Shown here piece by piece: positions 52,307-64,000 of a DNA stretch of 64,000 bases. Below the pieces are notes generated by a model. The model worked only from the letters and a program-made list of their open reading frames with translations, was not told where the DNA came from and made no database searches. Origin of the DNA: Eledone cirrhosa (Eukaryota); NCBI GenBank assembly GCA_964016885.1, contig OZ024743.1, positions 172,980,001 to 173,044,000 on the forward strand. The letters run 5' to 3'. Both the position numbers and the translations under genes were made by a program. How positions within the stretch are numbered: the stretch's first letter is position 1; each line of letters starts with the position of its first letter.

Positions 52307-54224
52307 CATTATCATCATCATTTTACGTCCGCTCATCCCTGCTTGCAAGGGTGGGACGGGTCTTTTTCAGCACAGCATCTCTCCACTTGTCACGGTCCTT
52401 CGTCATCTCCACCGTGAGTTTCAGCGATCTGAGATCTGTTCTCACCACTTCCGCCCATGTTTTTCGTGGTCTACCTCTACCACGTCTTCCTTCAACTGGC
52501 ATTTCCTGGCACTTCTTCACCCATCGGTCATCCTCCATGCGCATCACATGTCCATACCACCTCAGTCTCCTCTCCCGTACACTACATTCTATCCCTCTCA
52601 GACACAGTTTCTCTCTCAACACATTCATGCTGGGTCGTTCACGCACATTGACACTGCACATCCAACGGAGCATGCTTGCCTCATTTCTCTCCAGCTGTCG
52701 CATATCCTCTGCAGTTTCTGCCCATGTCTCACTAACATGCAGCTTCGCGCTCCTCACACAAGCATCATATAATCGGCCTTTCGTACGCAGAGTACCCTTC
52801 TTCGTCAGCAGAGGAAACAGCTCCCTAAACTTCTTCCAACCCGTTCTTATTCTAGATACTATGGCCTCTGAATACCCCCTCCCAAGCTAATCTGATCTCC
52901 TAGGTACCGGAAGCTATCCACCACTTCTATAGCGCCCTCTTGCATTTGAAAAATGTGTCTATCAGTGCGACTTCTACTGTCTAATTTCCCTGTACACCTA
53001 CTGCATACATATTTCTCCCTACCTGTTAGTTTGCCTGCTATCCCGCTACATCTCTTGTGTACCCAGGACCTGCATTGTGTGCATTTTATAGAATTTATGC
53101 CAGTTCCTTTTCTGCATATCGAACATGACCATTTCCCTGACGGAATCAGGGTTTTGTCCTCTTTTCTACTCATCAACACTTTTGTCTTAGCTAGATTCAC
53201 TCTCAGTCCTCTTGCTTCCAACTGCTGTTTCCATAGCCAGAATTTATTCTCTAGCTCCTCTACTGATTCTGCTATAAGAACCAGATCGTCAGCATAGAGA
53301 AGTTCCCATGGACATCCAGTCTTAAACTCCTCTGTTATAGCTTGGAGGACTATAATGAACAAGAGCGGGTTGAGGACCGAACCTTGATGTACTCCTACTT
53401 GTATCTGGAATTCCTCACTAAACTCCATTCCTACCCTGACTTTACTGAGAGTACCTCTGTACAAAGTTTGCACTGTCCTCACAAGCCATTCCTCAAACCC
53501 TAGTTTCCTTAGGGACCACCAGATGACAGATCAGGGTACCCTATCAAAGGCCTTCTCTAGGTCAACAAAGGCTAAGTATAGTGGCTTATTCTTCTCTAAG
53601 AACCTCTCTTGTAATTGTCTCACCAAGAACAGGGCATCTGTTGTACTTTTCCCAGGCACAAAACCAAACTGCATCTAGTTTCACCCTTTCTCTAATTAGT
53701 TGTCCTAATATCCTTTCTGCCACTTTCATAACCTAATCCATCAGTTTTATACGCCTATAATTGTTCCTCTCCAGAGCATCCCCTTTACCTTTGTAGCAAT
53801 TTATGAGAATACTGCTGCACCAGTCTTTGGATATGACACCACCATATATAGCCTGATTGATGATGCGTGCAACCAGTTTAGTGCCTACGTCCCCTGATGC
53901 CTTCAGCATCTCAGCAACTATCCCCGATGGTCCAGCAGCCTTACCATTTTTCATTTCCTTAATCGCCTCTTGGACCCTATATTCGTCAATCTCAATAGCT
54001 GGTCCCTCTGTTGGATCTACTGAGGGTAATTTCTCTCTCTTCCATTCGTTCTCCACATTCATCAGTCTTTCATAATGACATTCCCAGGCCTCCTTTTTCT
54101 GATCATTTGTGACACTAAGTACACCGGCATAATTCCGGACACATTTATCTCCAACAACATCCAGATTTGCATTGACACACTGCCTTGCAATGTGGAACAC
54201 CGCACGCCTCTGATCTTCCCGTCG
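52307..54224 (-). mobile_element. 5'-truncated RTE family B
   Basis: ORFs 53733-54260, 52859-53482 (YADD, PHD) and 52323-52757; GAT tail next to (TA)n. Confidence 0.92.
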
Positions 54225-54289
54225 GAATACAACAACAAACCCAATTCTCAGCCCATACATAGCAACCTACAAAGCCATATCGAAGAACC

Positions 54290-54744
54290 GGCACATAGAA
54301 AGGCCTCTAAATGTAACTGCCATCTACCTGACAAAATGTAACTGCCCTTTACAAAATAGATGCCTAGAGACAAATATAGTATACCTATGTACTATAAATT
54401 CAGGTAGCTTAGCATGGCATTACATTAGCTCCATGGCTGGAGAGTTTAAGAAAAGGTGGTACATACATAGACACTCTATGAATAACAGGAAGCTCTTAAA
54501 TACGACGACTCTCGCCAATAAAATCTGGCAACTCAGGGATGCAAACATGGAATATAAAATCAGCTGGACGAAGCTATCAAAAGCAACGGCTTATCAAATT
54601 GGTATGTCCCACTGCGGTCTCTGTAATATGGAACTTTTCCAAATTTTAAATTACAACAAAATGCTTCTTAACAGTAAAATTGAAAGAACTATTTTCTGTC
54701 GGCATAAAACGGCGACCAAATTCCAGAACTTTAGACCAGCTTAA
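54290..54744 (+). mobile_element. Penelope-like (Naiad-type) GIY-YIG 3' fragment
   Basis: CNCPLQNRC, IVYLC, FKKRW..H, HCGLCNME, LLNSK.E...FCRHK. Confidence 0.85.
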
Positions 54745-55201
54745 TTTCATCTTATCTATTCCATAACCCAAATTGTAACACTTAGATCTATTATAATATC
54801 ACATTATCATCATCATCATTATTATTATTATAATTGTCATCCTCTATCAATGAACAACATCAAAACCTCTTATATTTACATTCTTATTTTATATATCTCT
54901 ATCTTTCACTCTCTATCTCTATATTTCTCTCCCTAAATTCATTTCATCTCTGGCATTTTATTTTATCATATAATATAACTTACAACTAATTAATTTATTT
55001 ATTTATTAAAATAACCAATACACACATAAATATATTTAACATTATCATATTTATACCTTCGTATCTCTCTATATTTTAGCCACTCTCAAAAACCACTTTC
55101 AATAATCTTAACATGTTTAAATATTCTTCACACTTTTTTACTTATTTATTTTCATATTTTCATTTTTCAGTTTTCATACTTTGTACCATTTTGTATGTAA
55201 T

Positions 55202-55232
<31 letters not shown>

Positions 55233-55570
55233 TATATTTATTTACATTTATTCATGTATTAACTTTTATTCATTTATTGTTGATATCATTATTTTCCCTC
55301 TATTTTACTTTCTCTCCTACGTTATTTCTCCTTTATGCTTGTCTCTCCTCTTTCTATCATAATTTCTCCATATATTCTTCTCTGTATTCATTTATCCTTT
55401 TTCTTTTTCTTTCTCTTTTTCAATTTCTTTTTCTTTTTCCTTTTCCTTTCTTTCTTTCCTTTATCTATCTCCCTTTCTTTATTTTTTTCTCTCGCTATCT
55501 TTATTATTAATATTATTATTGATGATGTAATTTGAATTTGTAAATTTGCCGGTTATATATATTTTTTGTA

Positions 55571-55686
55571 ACAGTTTCTGATGACCTGATTGAGCTAGCT
55601 ATCATCGTATTTGAAATTGAGTGGCACAGCTTCTAGTGTTCAGCAATTTTTAGACAACTTAATCAGAGAAACAATTGTTAGGCTGT
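55571..55686 (+). ncRNA. Type I hammerhead ribozyme with ~83-nt helix II domain
   Basis: ACAGUUU-CUGAUGA-C-CUGAUUGAG...CUUAAUCAG-A-GAAA-CAAUUG-UU^-AGGCUGU, then AAUAAA; ~830 nt downstream of the Naiad ORF end. Confidence 0.75.
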
Positions 55687-55717
55687 AAATAAATCCACTC
55701 ATCCAGCTGTCGATTTA

Positions 55718-56835
55718 TTGACGGACTGCGTGGTCGCAGAGGACATCCACTGCTACGGCCTCCATCCGACGGACATACACCAGCTGTTGTCCTTCACAGT
55801 AGACAACACGTACTTCACCTTCCACCACCACACATACAGACAGACAACAGGATTACCCATCGGGCCTGCTGGCCATCACCTATATGAACCAGCTAGAATG
55901 CCGAGCCCTCAACACCTGCCATTCCCATACCTTCTTCACCCGATATGTAGATGACATACTCATCCTTACATCATCCCGTGAGGAGGCAGATAAAATATAC
56001 ACAACATTCTCCAGCATGGACGCCAGTAAAGAGTTCAGCATGGAACACCCCGATGACCGCGGATCCCTATCCCTACTGGACTTCCAACTCAGGGTAACAG
56101 AGGAAGGCAACATCCACACCTGCTTCTATAAAAAAGCAGCCAGCAGGGACCTGTTCGTACATTTCAGATCAGCCCTCCCAGCCGGCGCTAAGTTCGGATA
56201 CATAAGGAACGAACTAACACGTATCCGGAACAAATGCACCGTCGCTAGAGACCGAGACACACACACCACATATTTCCTGGAAGTACTCAAACTGAACGGA
56301 TACACGACATCCACCACAAACCGTGCCAGAAAGAACAGGGGACACCACACCCGAGGCACTAACACTTGCTTCCTGAAGCTCCCACACTTCAGTGACGAAA
56401 CAACAACAGCCATCCGCAGAGCTATGAGACGAGAGGGACTAGATATCCAACTGGCCCACTCAGGTCCTTCTCTACGCGGACAGCTAACCAAAAGACACAT
56501 CCACCAGACATGACAACTGCTGCAGGCTAGCCAACTGCCCCATCAACGACACAGACCTATGCCACCAGGCTTACGTCGTATACAGACTAGAGTGTGACAA
56601 ATGCAGCAACTTCTACGTAGGTAGCACCACCAGACCACCCCACATAAGAATAAAAGAACATCTCAATACTAACGCTTCCTCATTTAAGAAACACCTAGTT
56701 AAATGCAAAAACACCGACAAAACCAGAACAGTTAGGATAGGAACTAAGGAAAGAAACCTCGGCAATCTTAGAATTAAGGAAGCACTAATTATAGACAAAA
56801 CACAACCACCAATCAATAATAGACTAGAACACCCA
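55718..56835 (+). mobile_element. Penelope-like element of a second clade (RT + GIY-YIG), 5'-truncated
   Basis: YRQTTGLPIG, FTRYVDD, LLDF, HFRSALP; after a frameshift CRLANCPI..LC, VVYRLECDKC..YVGST.R...RIKEH, IKEA..I...P.IN. Confidence 0.88.
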
Positions 56836-57246
56836 ATTTATAACTTGATAGAGCTTCTAGCCCCATATTTGCACCCCCCCCACACACACGCACACACACA
56901 TGCACGTACACACACACACACACACGCTTACACCTCCACTTATTCTCTCTCACACACATACACACACAAAGACCAGTTCTAACACGAGATAACATCTATC
57001 CCCCACATTTACGTATAGACATATCTTCTCACTCTCACACACACACACTCACATACTTACACCTTCATGCATTCTCCCACACACTTAAACAGGCATGTAC
57101 AAAAAAAAAACCTTTTAACGGGAGACTACTCTTTATCCACCTAACCTTAACTCTTTGACATTAGAGATAGAACAGATACTCTATACCATTTCCTGTCAGC
57201 ATGACTTGGCAAGCTATTTAGAACACTGGTTTAACCGCTTTACTTC

Positions 57247-57281
57247 CCTCCGAAGAAGAGATATTATCTCGAAAATTAAGG
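57247..57281 (+). ncRNA. Degenerate minimal HHR-like motif
   Basis: CCU-CCGAAGA-A-GAGAU-AUU-AUCUC-GAAA-AU-UA^-AGG, with AAUAAA 8 nt later; downstream of the Penelope ORF. Confidence 0.4.
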
Positions 57282-57406
57282 ACATTTAAATAAATCTAAG
57301 GTAAAAGACTAATTGTCAATAATATCTTTTGCATTTGCATTCTTTATTCTATGTCCATACCTGCATTGTTTTGGGTTTATTATACATATACAAACGTTTA
57401 TATATG

Positions 57407-57495
<89 letters not shown>

Positions 57496-57588
57496 CAAAG
57501 GAATTGTGGTAAAGAACCAGATGGACCATAACGCACCAGAGTACTCAATGCTTAGGGTAGTAGAGAGGGAAATAGGAAAAAGTATGAA

Positions 57589-57680
57589 CCCGATGGCAGA
57601 GTTCAAGCCGTTTCGACGACTATTTTTGGACTAAATTAGAATTTTTAGCCTAGTGAATAAATAGCCGAACTTGTCAAGGG
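57589..57680 (-). ncRNA. Type I HHR, U3-A8 core variant (inverted pLTR copy)
   Basis: Reverse-complement homolog of 60677-60770 with a helix III mismatch. Confidence 0.6.
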
Positions 57681-60676
57681 GGTACTTCCTTATATGAGAA
57701 GATTGTAGTTGTCAAGAAGATTGGTTAAAATTTGTTGTAAACACAAATAAGTCTATCATGGCATTTGAAGGGAGGTGGGGTGGCTGAACTTGCCTGTAGA
57801 ACAATGGAGAGTGAGTGGAGTCGGTAAAGCGTTTAAAGTGATATGTATACAGCAGATTCTAAGGATAGTGTATGAAATGGAGGAGGGAGGTTATAGAATA
57901 GGTCATTCTAATGAGAGTAGGAGACAATAAAAGATAATAGAAATAAATAAAAAAATATATAAAATTAGATAGTGAGAAATGAATAAAAAAAATCACAATG
58001 CTATCTTACAATTACAGGTTAATAAGTTGAGAATAGAAAAAAATTGTAGAAATGGAGTAGTAACAAAACTGATACAAAATTAAAGGGGTCTAACATTCTA
58101 TCTTAAAATTACAGGGGTGGGGGCACTGATGCTACAGAGGCCCGATGGGCTGCATTGGGGTAGGCGAAAGAGGAAAAGCAGACGAGGATGAAAATAGAGG
58201 GTGGAAGGAAGTGATTGGATGCGACAGGAGGAAGAAGACATAGAGGAAAAGAAAAGAGATACAGCTACCTATGTAAGCTGGGGTTTCCCCTAACTTATTC
58301 GGCAAGTGGTGGAGGGGGGGGGGGTATCAGCCCATGTCTACCCACCCGGGTCGTTGTGTGGTTTGAGGGCGAGGTAAGTCCTAATCTGTGTTTGCATGCG
58401 GTTACCAGTTCGTCTTTCTTGTTTAAGAGTTGGTCCTTCGAAAACAACATTTGTAATGTTTCCTCCGAACATAAGTTACACGGACGGCGTCCTCTCGTGT
58501 AAGAGTTAGCTCTGGACAGTAAGCTTCAAGTGAGATTGTAGGTTATATTATTATCTTGGAGGTCCCAGATGTGGCCCGAAAGTGTCATGGCATGTCGCCG
58601 GACCGGGTTTCGGAAAGTATGTGTTGGTAGAGCCGGGTCTTGAAGTCATACGCGGTTAATCCTATATAAGCTTTGTTGGAGGTGTCCGTAACACTCACAC
58701 CCATCACTGACCAGGAAAGAAATATCATTCTCCACGCCAGGAAGACAGTCCTACTTTTCGACAACTCCAAGTGGATAAAGAGAGCTCCCGACTCCCCCTT
58801 CGACGTCAGTATGGGCGCGACGGATACGGCCGAGGTCACAGATCTTATAGGATTATTCCTACTATTTAAACTCACCGAAATGTTTCCTGCATTCGGCGGT
58901 GGATTGTACCGGGATGATGGGCTCCTCACCCTCAAAGGGTACAACCCCAGTAGTACAGACGGGTCCGTAAACAACTAATCAACTTCTTCCGAGTCAATTT
59001 CCTGGACGTTACCCTCAACCTCAAAAATGATCGGAAACCAAACGACAACCTGCACTACACCCACCGCCGCTCTAACCATCCTAGAAACATCACCAATAAT
59101 CTGGTTAAAAAACATCTCCCTGCGCATATCTCGTTTATCCGCTAATGAGCAGATATTCGACGAACATGCGCCTCATTACAATCAGGCCCTCAAGCGGAGT
59201 GGCTTCCGGGAGGAAATATCCTTTTATCCAGCTTCCCTTAGCGGAACCAGCAGGCGACACCACCGCTCACGCAACGTAACGCGGTTCAATCCTCCCCATA
59301 ATGCCGAGGTGGCAACACCTATCGGGAAAATCTTCTTTAGGCTCCTCGAAAAACAGTTCCCATTACAACACCGCTACCACAACATAATCAACAAAAACAC
59401 CACCAAACTCTCCTACAGCACCACACCTAACTTCGCACAAAACATCCTCTCCTCAAACAACAAAAAACTCAACCCCTATGGAAGAAACAACCTAGACATC
59501 AGTGGAGAGCCGACCAGGAGGTGTAACTGCCCTGATAGATCTACGTGCCCCCTCAACAACAAATGCCGAGAACGTAACGTGATCTACCAGTGCAACGTGA
59601 GGACGGACACCTCCAACAAAGCTTATATAGGATTAACCGCGTTTGACTTCAAGACTCGGCTCTACCAACACCGACATACTTTCCGAAACCCGGTCCGGCG
59701 ACATGCCACGACACTTTCGGGTCACATCTGGGACCTCCAAGATAATAATATAACCTACAATCTCACTTGGAGCTTACTGTCCAAAGCTAACTCTTACAAG
59801 GGAGGACGCCGTCCGTGTAACTTATGCTCGGAGGAAACATTACAAATGCTGTTTTGGATGGACCAACTCCTAAACAAGAAAGACGAACTGGTAACCGCAT
59901 GCAAACACAGATTAGGACTTACCTCGCCCTCAAACAAAGATTGCGTAGGACTTACCTCGCCCTCAAACCCCATAACGACCCGGGTGGGTAGACATGGGCT
60001 GATACCCTCCCCCCACTTGCCGAATAAGTTAGGGGAAACCCCGCTTACATAGGTAGATGTATCTCTTTTCATTTCCTCTATGTCTTCTTCTTCCCCCTGT
60101 CTCATCCTATCACTTCCTTCCACCCCCTATTTTCTTCCTCGTCTGCTTTTCCCCTTTCTCCTTCCCCGATGCAGCCCATCGGGCCTCTGTAGCATCAATT
60201 TCCCCACCCCTGTAATTTTAAGATAGAATTGGCCGAATACGTTTTACTAACTACTTAAGCAGATGTGTTAGACCCCTTTAATTTTGTATCAGTTTTGTTA
60301 CTACTCCATTTCTACAATTTTTTCTATTCTCAACTTATTAACCTGTAATTGTAAGATAGCATTGTGATTTTTTTTATTCATTTCTCACTATCTAATTTTA
60401 TATATATTTTTTTTCTTTCTATTATCTTTTATTGTCTCCTACTCTCATTCGAATTACCTATTCTATAACCTCCCTCCTCCATTTCATACACTATCCTTAG
60501 AATCTGCTGTATACATATCACTTTAAACACTTTACCGACTCCACTCACTCCCCATTGTTCTACAGGCAAGTTCAGCCACCCACCTCCCTTCAAATGCCAT
60601 GATAGACTTATTTGTGTTTACAACAAATTTTAACCAATCTTCTTGACAACTACAATCTTCCCATATAAGGAAGTAC

Positions 60677-60770
60677 TCCCTTGACAAGTTCGGCTATTTA
60701 TTCACTAGGCTAAAAATTCTAATTTAGTCCAAAAATAGCCGTCGAAACGGCTTGAGCTCTACCGTCGGGG
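60677..60770 (+). ncRNA. Type I HHR, U3-A8 core variant
   Basis: UCCC-UUGACAA-G..CGGCUAUUU...AAAUAGCCG.C-GAAA-CGG-CUUGAGCUCUA-CCG-UC^-GGGG. Confidence 0.7.
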
Positions 60771-61230
60771 TTCATACTTTTTCCTATATATATATATACA
60801 CATACACACACACACACACACATACACACACACATACAATTAAATAATCAAAACGCTATAAATGTATGTACACATAAGCCTGTCTGCATATGCGACCGCA
60901 CACAACCCTATGTGAGTACATTTAAAAATCTAGTGGCTAAGTAAGGACAAAAGAGGAATAAAACAGAAATAAAATAATAAACAATTATTAAGCACAGGTA
61001 AGGGAAAAAAGTTTTGTAAAAGGTTTGTGATGAGATCTAGATAAGGGTATCTGGTTAAAAAGTGATCTGTGTAAAGGATAAAGGTGGTGGGTGTGTATGT
61101 GTAAAAGGTAAGGTAGAAAGTAAGGGTGGATTATAAGTCAACTGAAAAAAAAAAAAAAATAAAGAGATACATAGAAGGAGATGAGGGAGAAAAAGTATAT
61201 ATGGGTAGAAAGTATGAGTTCATAAGGTAA

Positions 61231-63323
61231 TTATATTCGTGGTGAGTGGAAGGCGTGATGAGTAAAGAAGAATCTCAATGTGGTTGAGCAATCGTATTTC
61301 AGGTGCGTACAACATCTGAAGAACTCGGTCTTAGAGTTGAGGCAAATGGAAGGGGCTTTCAGGTTTTTGAGAATTCTAAACATTTCTTTGTGCCCCTTTG
61401 GTATTCTCTTGAATGGTCTAAAATAGACCAATCAATAGTGTACGGAATGTTTTTGTCTTTGAACTCCCAAATTTTATTTGCCAGTGCCGTTGCTGTTCTT
61501 TTTTCAGGGTGTTTGAAAGAAGCGACATGTTTTTTAATCTGTCCTGAGTCATGCCAACATAGCGTTCACTCCTGGCTGGCTGGTTATTAATCATCGGTGT
61601 CAATTTGGTCTCATACACAATGGATTTGGTATTACATTTACCCTGTAATAGGCATTCTTCCGGCTTCCTGCAACTGCATCCTGGATTTACTCTCGTACGA
61701 TTAGAGTTGGTAATTTTAGTCTTCATTGATGAGCAGCAAGAATAACTGATATTGACTACATTTCTATTAAATATCTTATTATATCTATGATTAGGGGGAA
61801 AATGTTTGTCTAAGAGGTCGAGGAATTTTCTTCCTACGTTAGTTTTAACAGTTAGAGAGAAGGGGGGGGGGGGTGTAAACCAAATAATTTTTCTTTTCCT
61901 GTTATTGTGTTTAGTGTTAGAGAGAGGAGTAGGTAAATATTTAATATGTTCGGTGAAGCCGCTTTTATTGAGGGCCTTATTATAATAATTTGTTAAAAAT
62001 GTCTATAGACGAAGATAAGGTAGAAATCCTACGGCTAATGTTAGGAATTAGATTTTTAAAGACTATAAGGGGATGGCAAGACTCTTTGTGTATATATATT
62101 AAATTATCGTTAGGTTTATGATAAGGTTTAAAAGAGGCGGTAAGTAGATCAAGATTAATATCAAGAAAGTTAGTATTAGTAAGATTCGTATCTAGAGTAA
62201 TTTTAAGGTTTAGGTTAGCAAAGGTATTGATTAAGTGTTTACGGAATTTATCAAGGTTATGGCCGTTGGTGGTATTAGAAACTGCCAAACCGTCATCTCG
62301 GTATAAACCGATATTATGGCAAGGAAATTTCTCTTTAAGGGTGTGAAGGAGGAATAATCATACTAGGTCGCACACATCAGCACTATCATATGAGCCCATC
62401 ACAACATCAAAAGAGTTTTCAGGGCTTGATTTTTTTTAACCCAAGAACTTTCATTAGCAAAGAGTAGTGTTTTCCTAGTATGAAAGATAACGTCTTCTTC
62501 AAATTTAGAAATAATAATGAAAGGTCTTGCAAAATCTAAGGCTTTTGTTAATAAGGATTCAGTGATAGAGGGGTAAAAATCAATAATATCAAATTGGGTA
62601 AATCTACACTTATTTTTTCCTAGTATATTATTAAACCAAGAAATAACAGAGCATGTATTTAACCATTGTGATAAGTTAGTCATAGTTCTTATTTGGAGTA
62701 TTATTTTTCTTAAGATTTTTTTACTCACAAGGCCAACTTCAGATTTAACAGGGTTGAATAGTCTACAGCTAGGTCGATTAGTAAAGTCTGATTTATGGTC
62801 TTTAAGGGTAATATATACTTTACGTTTAGCTAGGCTTTCAATCCGTTTTTTTAAATACTAGCTAGGTCTTTAGCTTCATTATTAATGGTATTGTAGGTAT
62901 TAATGTTAGCTATTTGATATTTAGCGGTAATGCTATCTGTTAAAAGTTGGTTATACGAAATAATATTTACTTCAAAAAGATTTTTAGTCTTATCAGAAAA
63001 AACGAAATTGATTTTAGAGTGTTTAAAATTAGAAATATCGTTACAGAGTTTTGATTGAAAATTATTGTTGTACTTACGGTATTTAATTTCACTAATTAAG
63101 TTAACTAGGTCTATTTCGAAGTTGGCCATGTCTTTAACTCTAGGTGAGTATTTGCAGGATTTAATGTCAAAGTAGACATTCGAATCAGCACAGAATTGTT
63201 CATAGTAAACCATGGCCTTCCATCTCATTCTTTTAATGACTTGTTCATAAGCAATTTGGTGTAGGTGGTGTTGGAAGGAGTAGGTATATTTTTGATAGAA
63301 TAATCCAATTCATAAACATCCAT
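61231..63323 (-). pseudogene. Full-length but decayed Naiad-type Penelope ORF
   Basis: ATG at 63323 MDVYELDYSIKNIPTPS, KRMRWKA, DKTKN, TLKDHK, RLFNP, FDIIDFYPSI, MGSYDSA, GLYRDDGL, FLDINL, CSC..C..C, YVG. Confidence 0.9.
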
Positions 63324-63504
63324 GGTGTATGTTGGGGTTAATTTCCTGAAACTGTAGAGTGCTCAACTTATCGGGCTGGAAGGTGCCAATCATATATGTA
63401 ATATAGAATATGCTTCGATCATTCCAGGCTGGAGCTGTATAAATGAAGTATTTCCGTCGGAAAGGTACAGGAAAAAAGAGTGCTCTATGTAGGCTACAGA
63501 GCTT

Positions 63505-64000
63505 ATTAGTTATGTAATGAACAACATAAGATAATTATTTCATTTACCAGTGGTTTCTTGAAAGCAGATGTTGTATCTGTTTTCAGTTGAATAAAAAACA
63601 TGGTGTTTTTATTAAATATGGAATTGAAAACAAAATTTAAGAAATATGAAAGTGCGGCAGAGAAAACAACGGGCGAAAAAGAAGAGGGGGAAAAAGAATA
63701 TATAAAAATATATATATATATAAACAATAATTATCCGGAACGTAAACATACACACACTCAACCACGCGCATATACTTAAAAAGTACGTAGACGTATACTT
63801 TTTGCGTAGACGTATACTAAGGGTATTTGCGTCTACATAGACATACAAACAGGGACATAAATACATACACGTACATATACATGAATTAGTAAGGAGAAGG
63901 AATAAATAAATTAATAAATAAGAACAAAAAATACAAAGTCAAAAACAAAATAAAGACAAAAAGAAGACGTGTTGACAACGATAAGTATGAGTGTGTGGGA
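63505..64000 (-). mobile_element. Penelope pLTR-like repeat upstream of the Naiad ORF (HHR core deleted)
   Basis: Homologous to 48603-49045; retains helix II and GAAA-CCACUGG-UA. Confidence 0.7.

Larger units (their letters stand above)
57572..60786 (+). mobile_element. Naiad-type Penelope element with inverted 5' pLTR
   Basis: 57572-58689 is the reverse complement of 59603-60786; RT fragment (FDVSMGA, GLYRDDGL) and ORF 59027-60052 with CNC..CPL..C, YIG, CNLC, CKH. Confidence 0.92.

Overview
This is AT-rich eukaryotic genomic DNA, almost entirely transposable elements and (TA/CA)n microsatellites. The repeat repertoire suggests a mollusc, probably an octopus; that is inference. The only host gene I can support is RBX1/ROC1, whose last three coding exons lie on + at 29563-29633, 29894-29979 and 33864-33876. 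The ORF track misses it, and exons 1-2 are not in the window, so the first ~29.5 kb is probably one TE-packed intron. Mobile elements include two RTE LINE families carrying a PHD finger after the RT, two piggyBac relics, a hAT element with TIRs and TSD, two Helitrons with STPR-like repeats, tRNA-derived SINEs, MITEs and several Penelope-like elements (mostly Naiad-type). The most notable hidden layer is about a dozen type I hammerhead ribozyme (HHR) motifs folded by eye. They include U3-A8 core variants and long helix II variants, many followed by AATAAA; inside the RBX1 span the intact ones are all antisense. There is also a 260-bp repeat carrying a tRNA-like Pol III unit with a GGA anticodon on a short-variable-loop body. 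All RNA folds and family assignments are manual and need computational confirmation.
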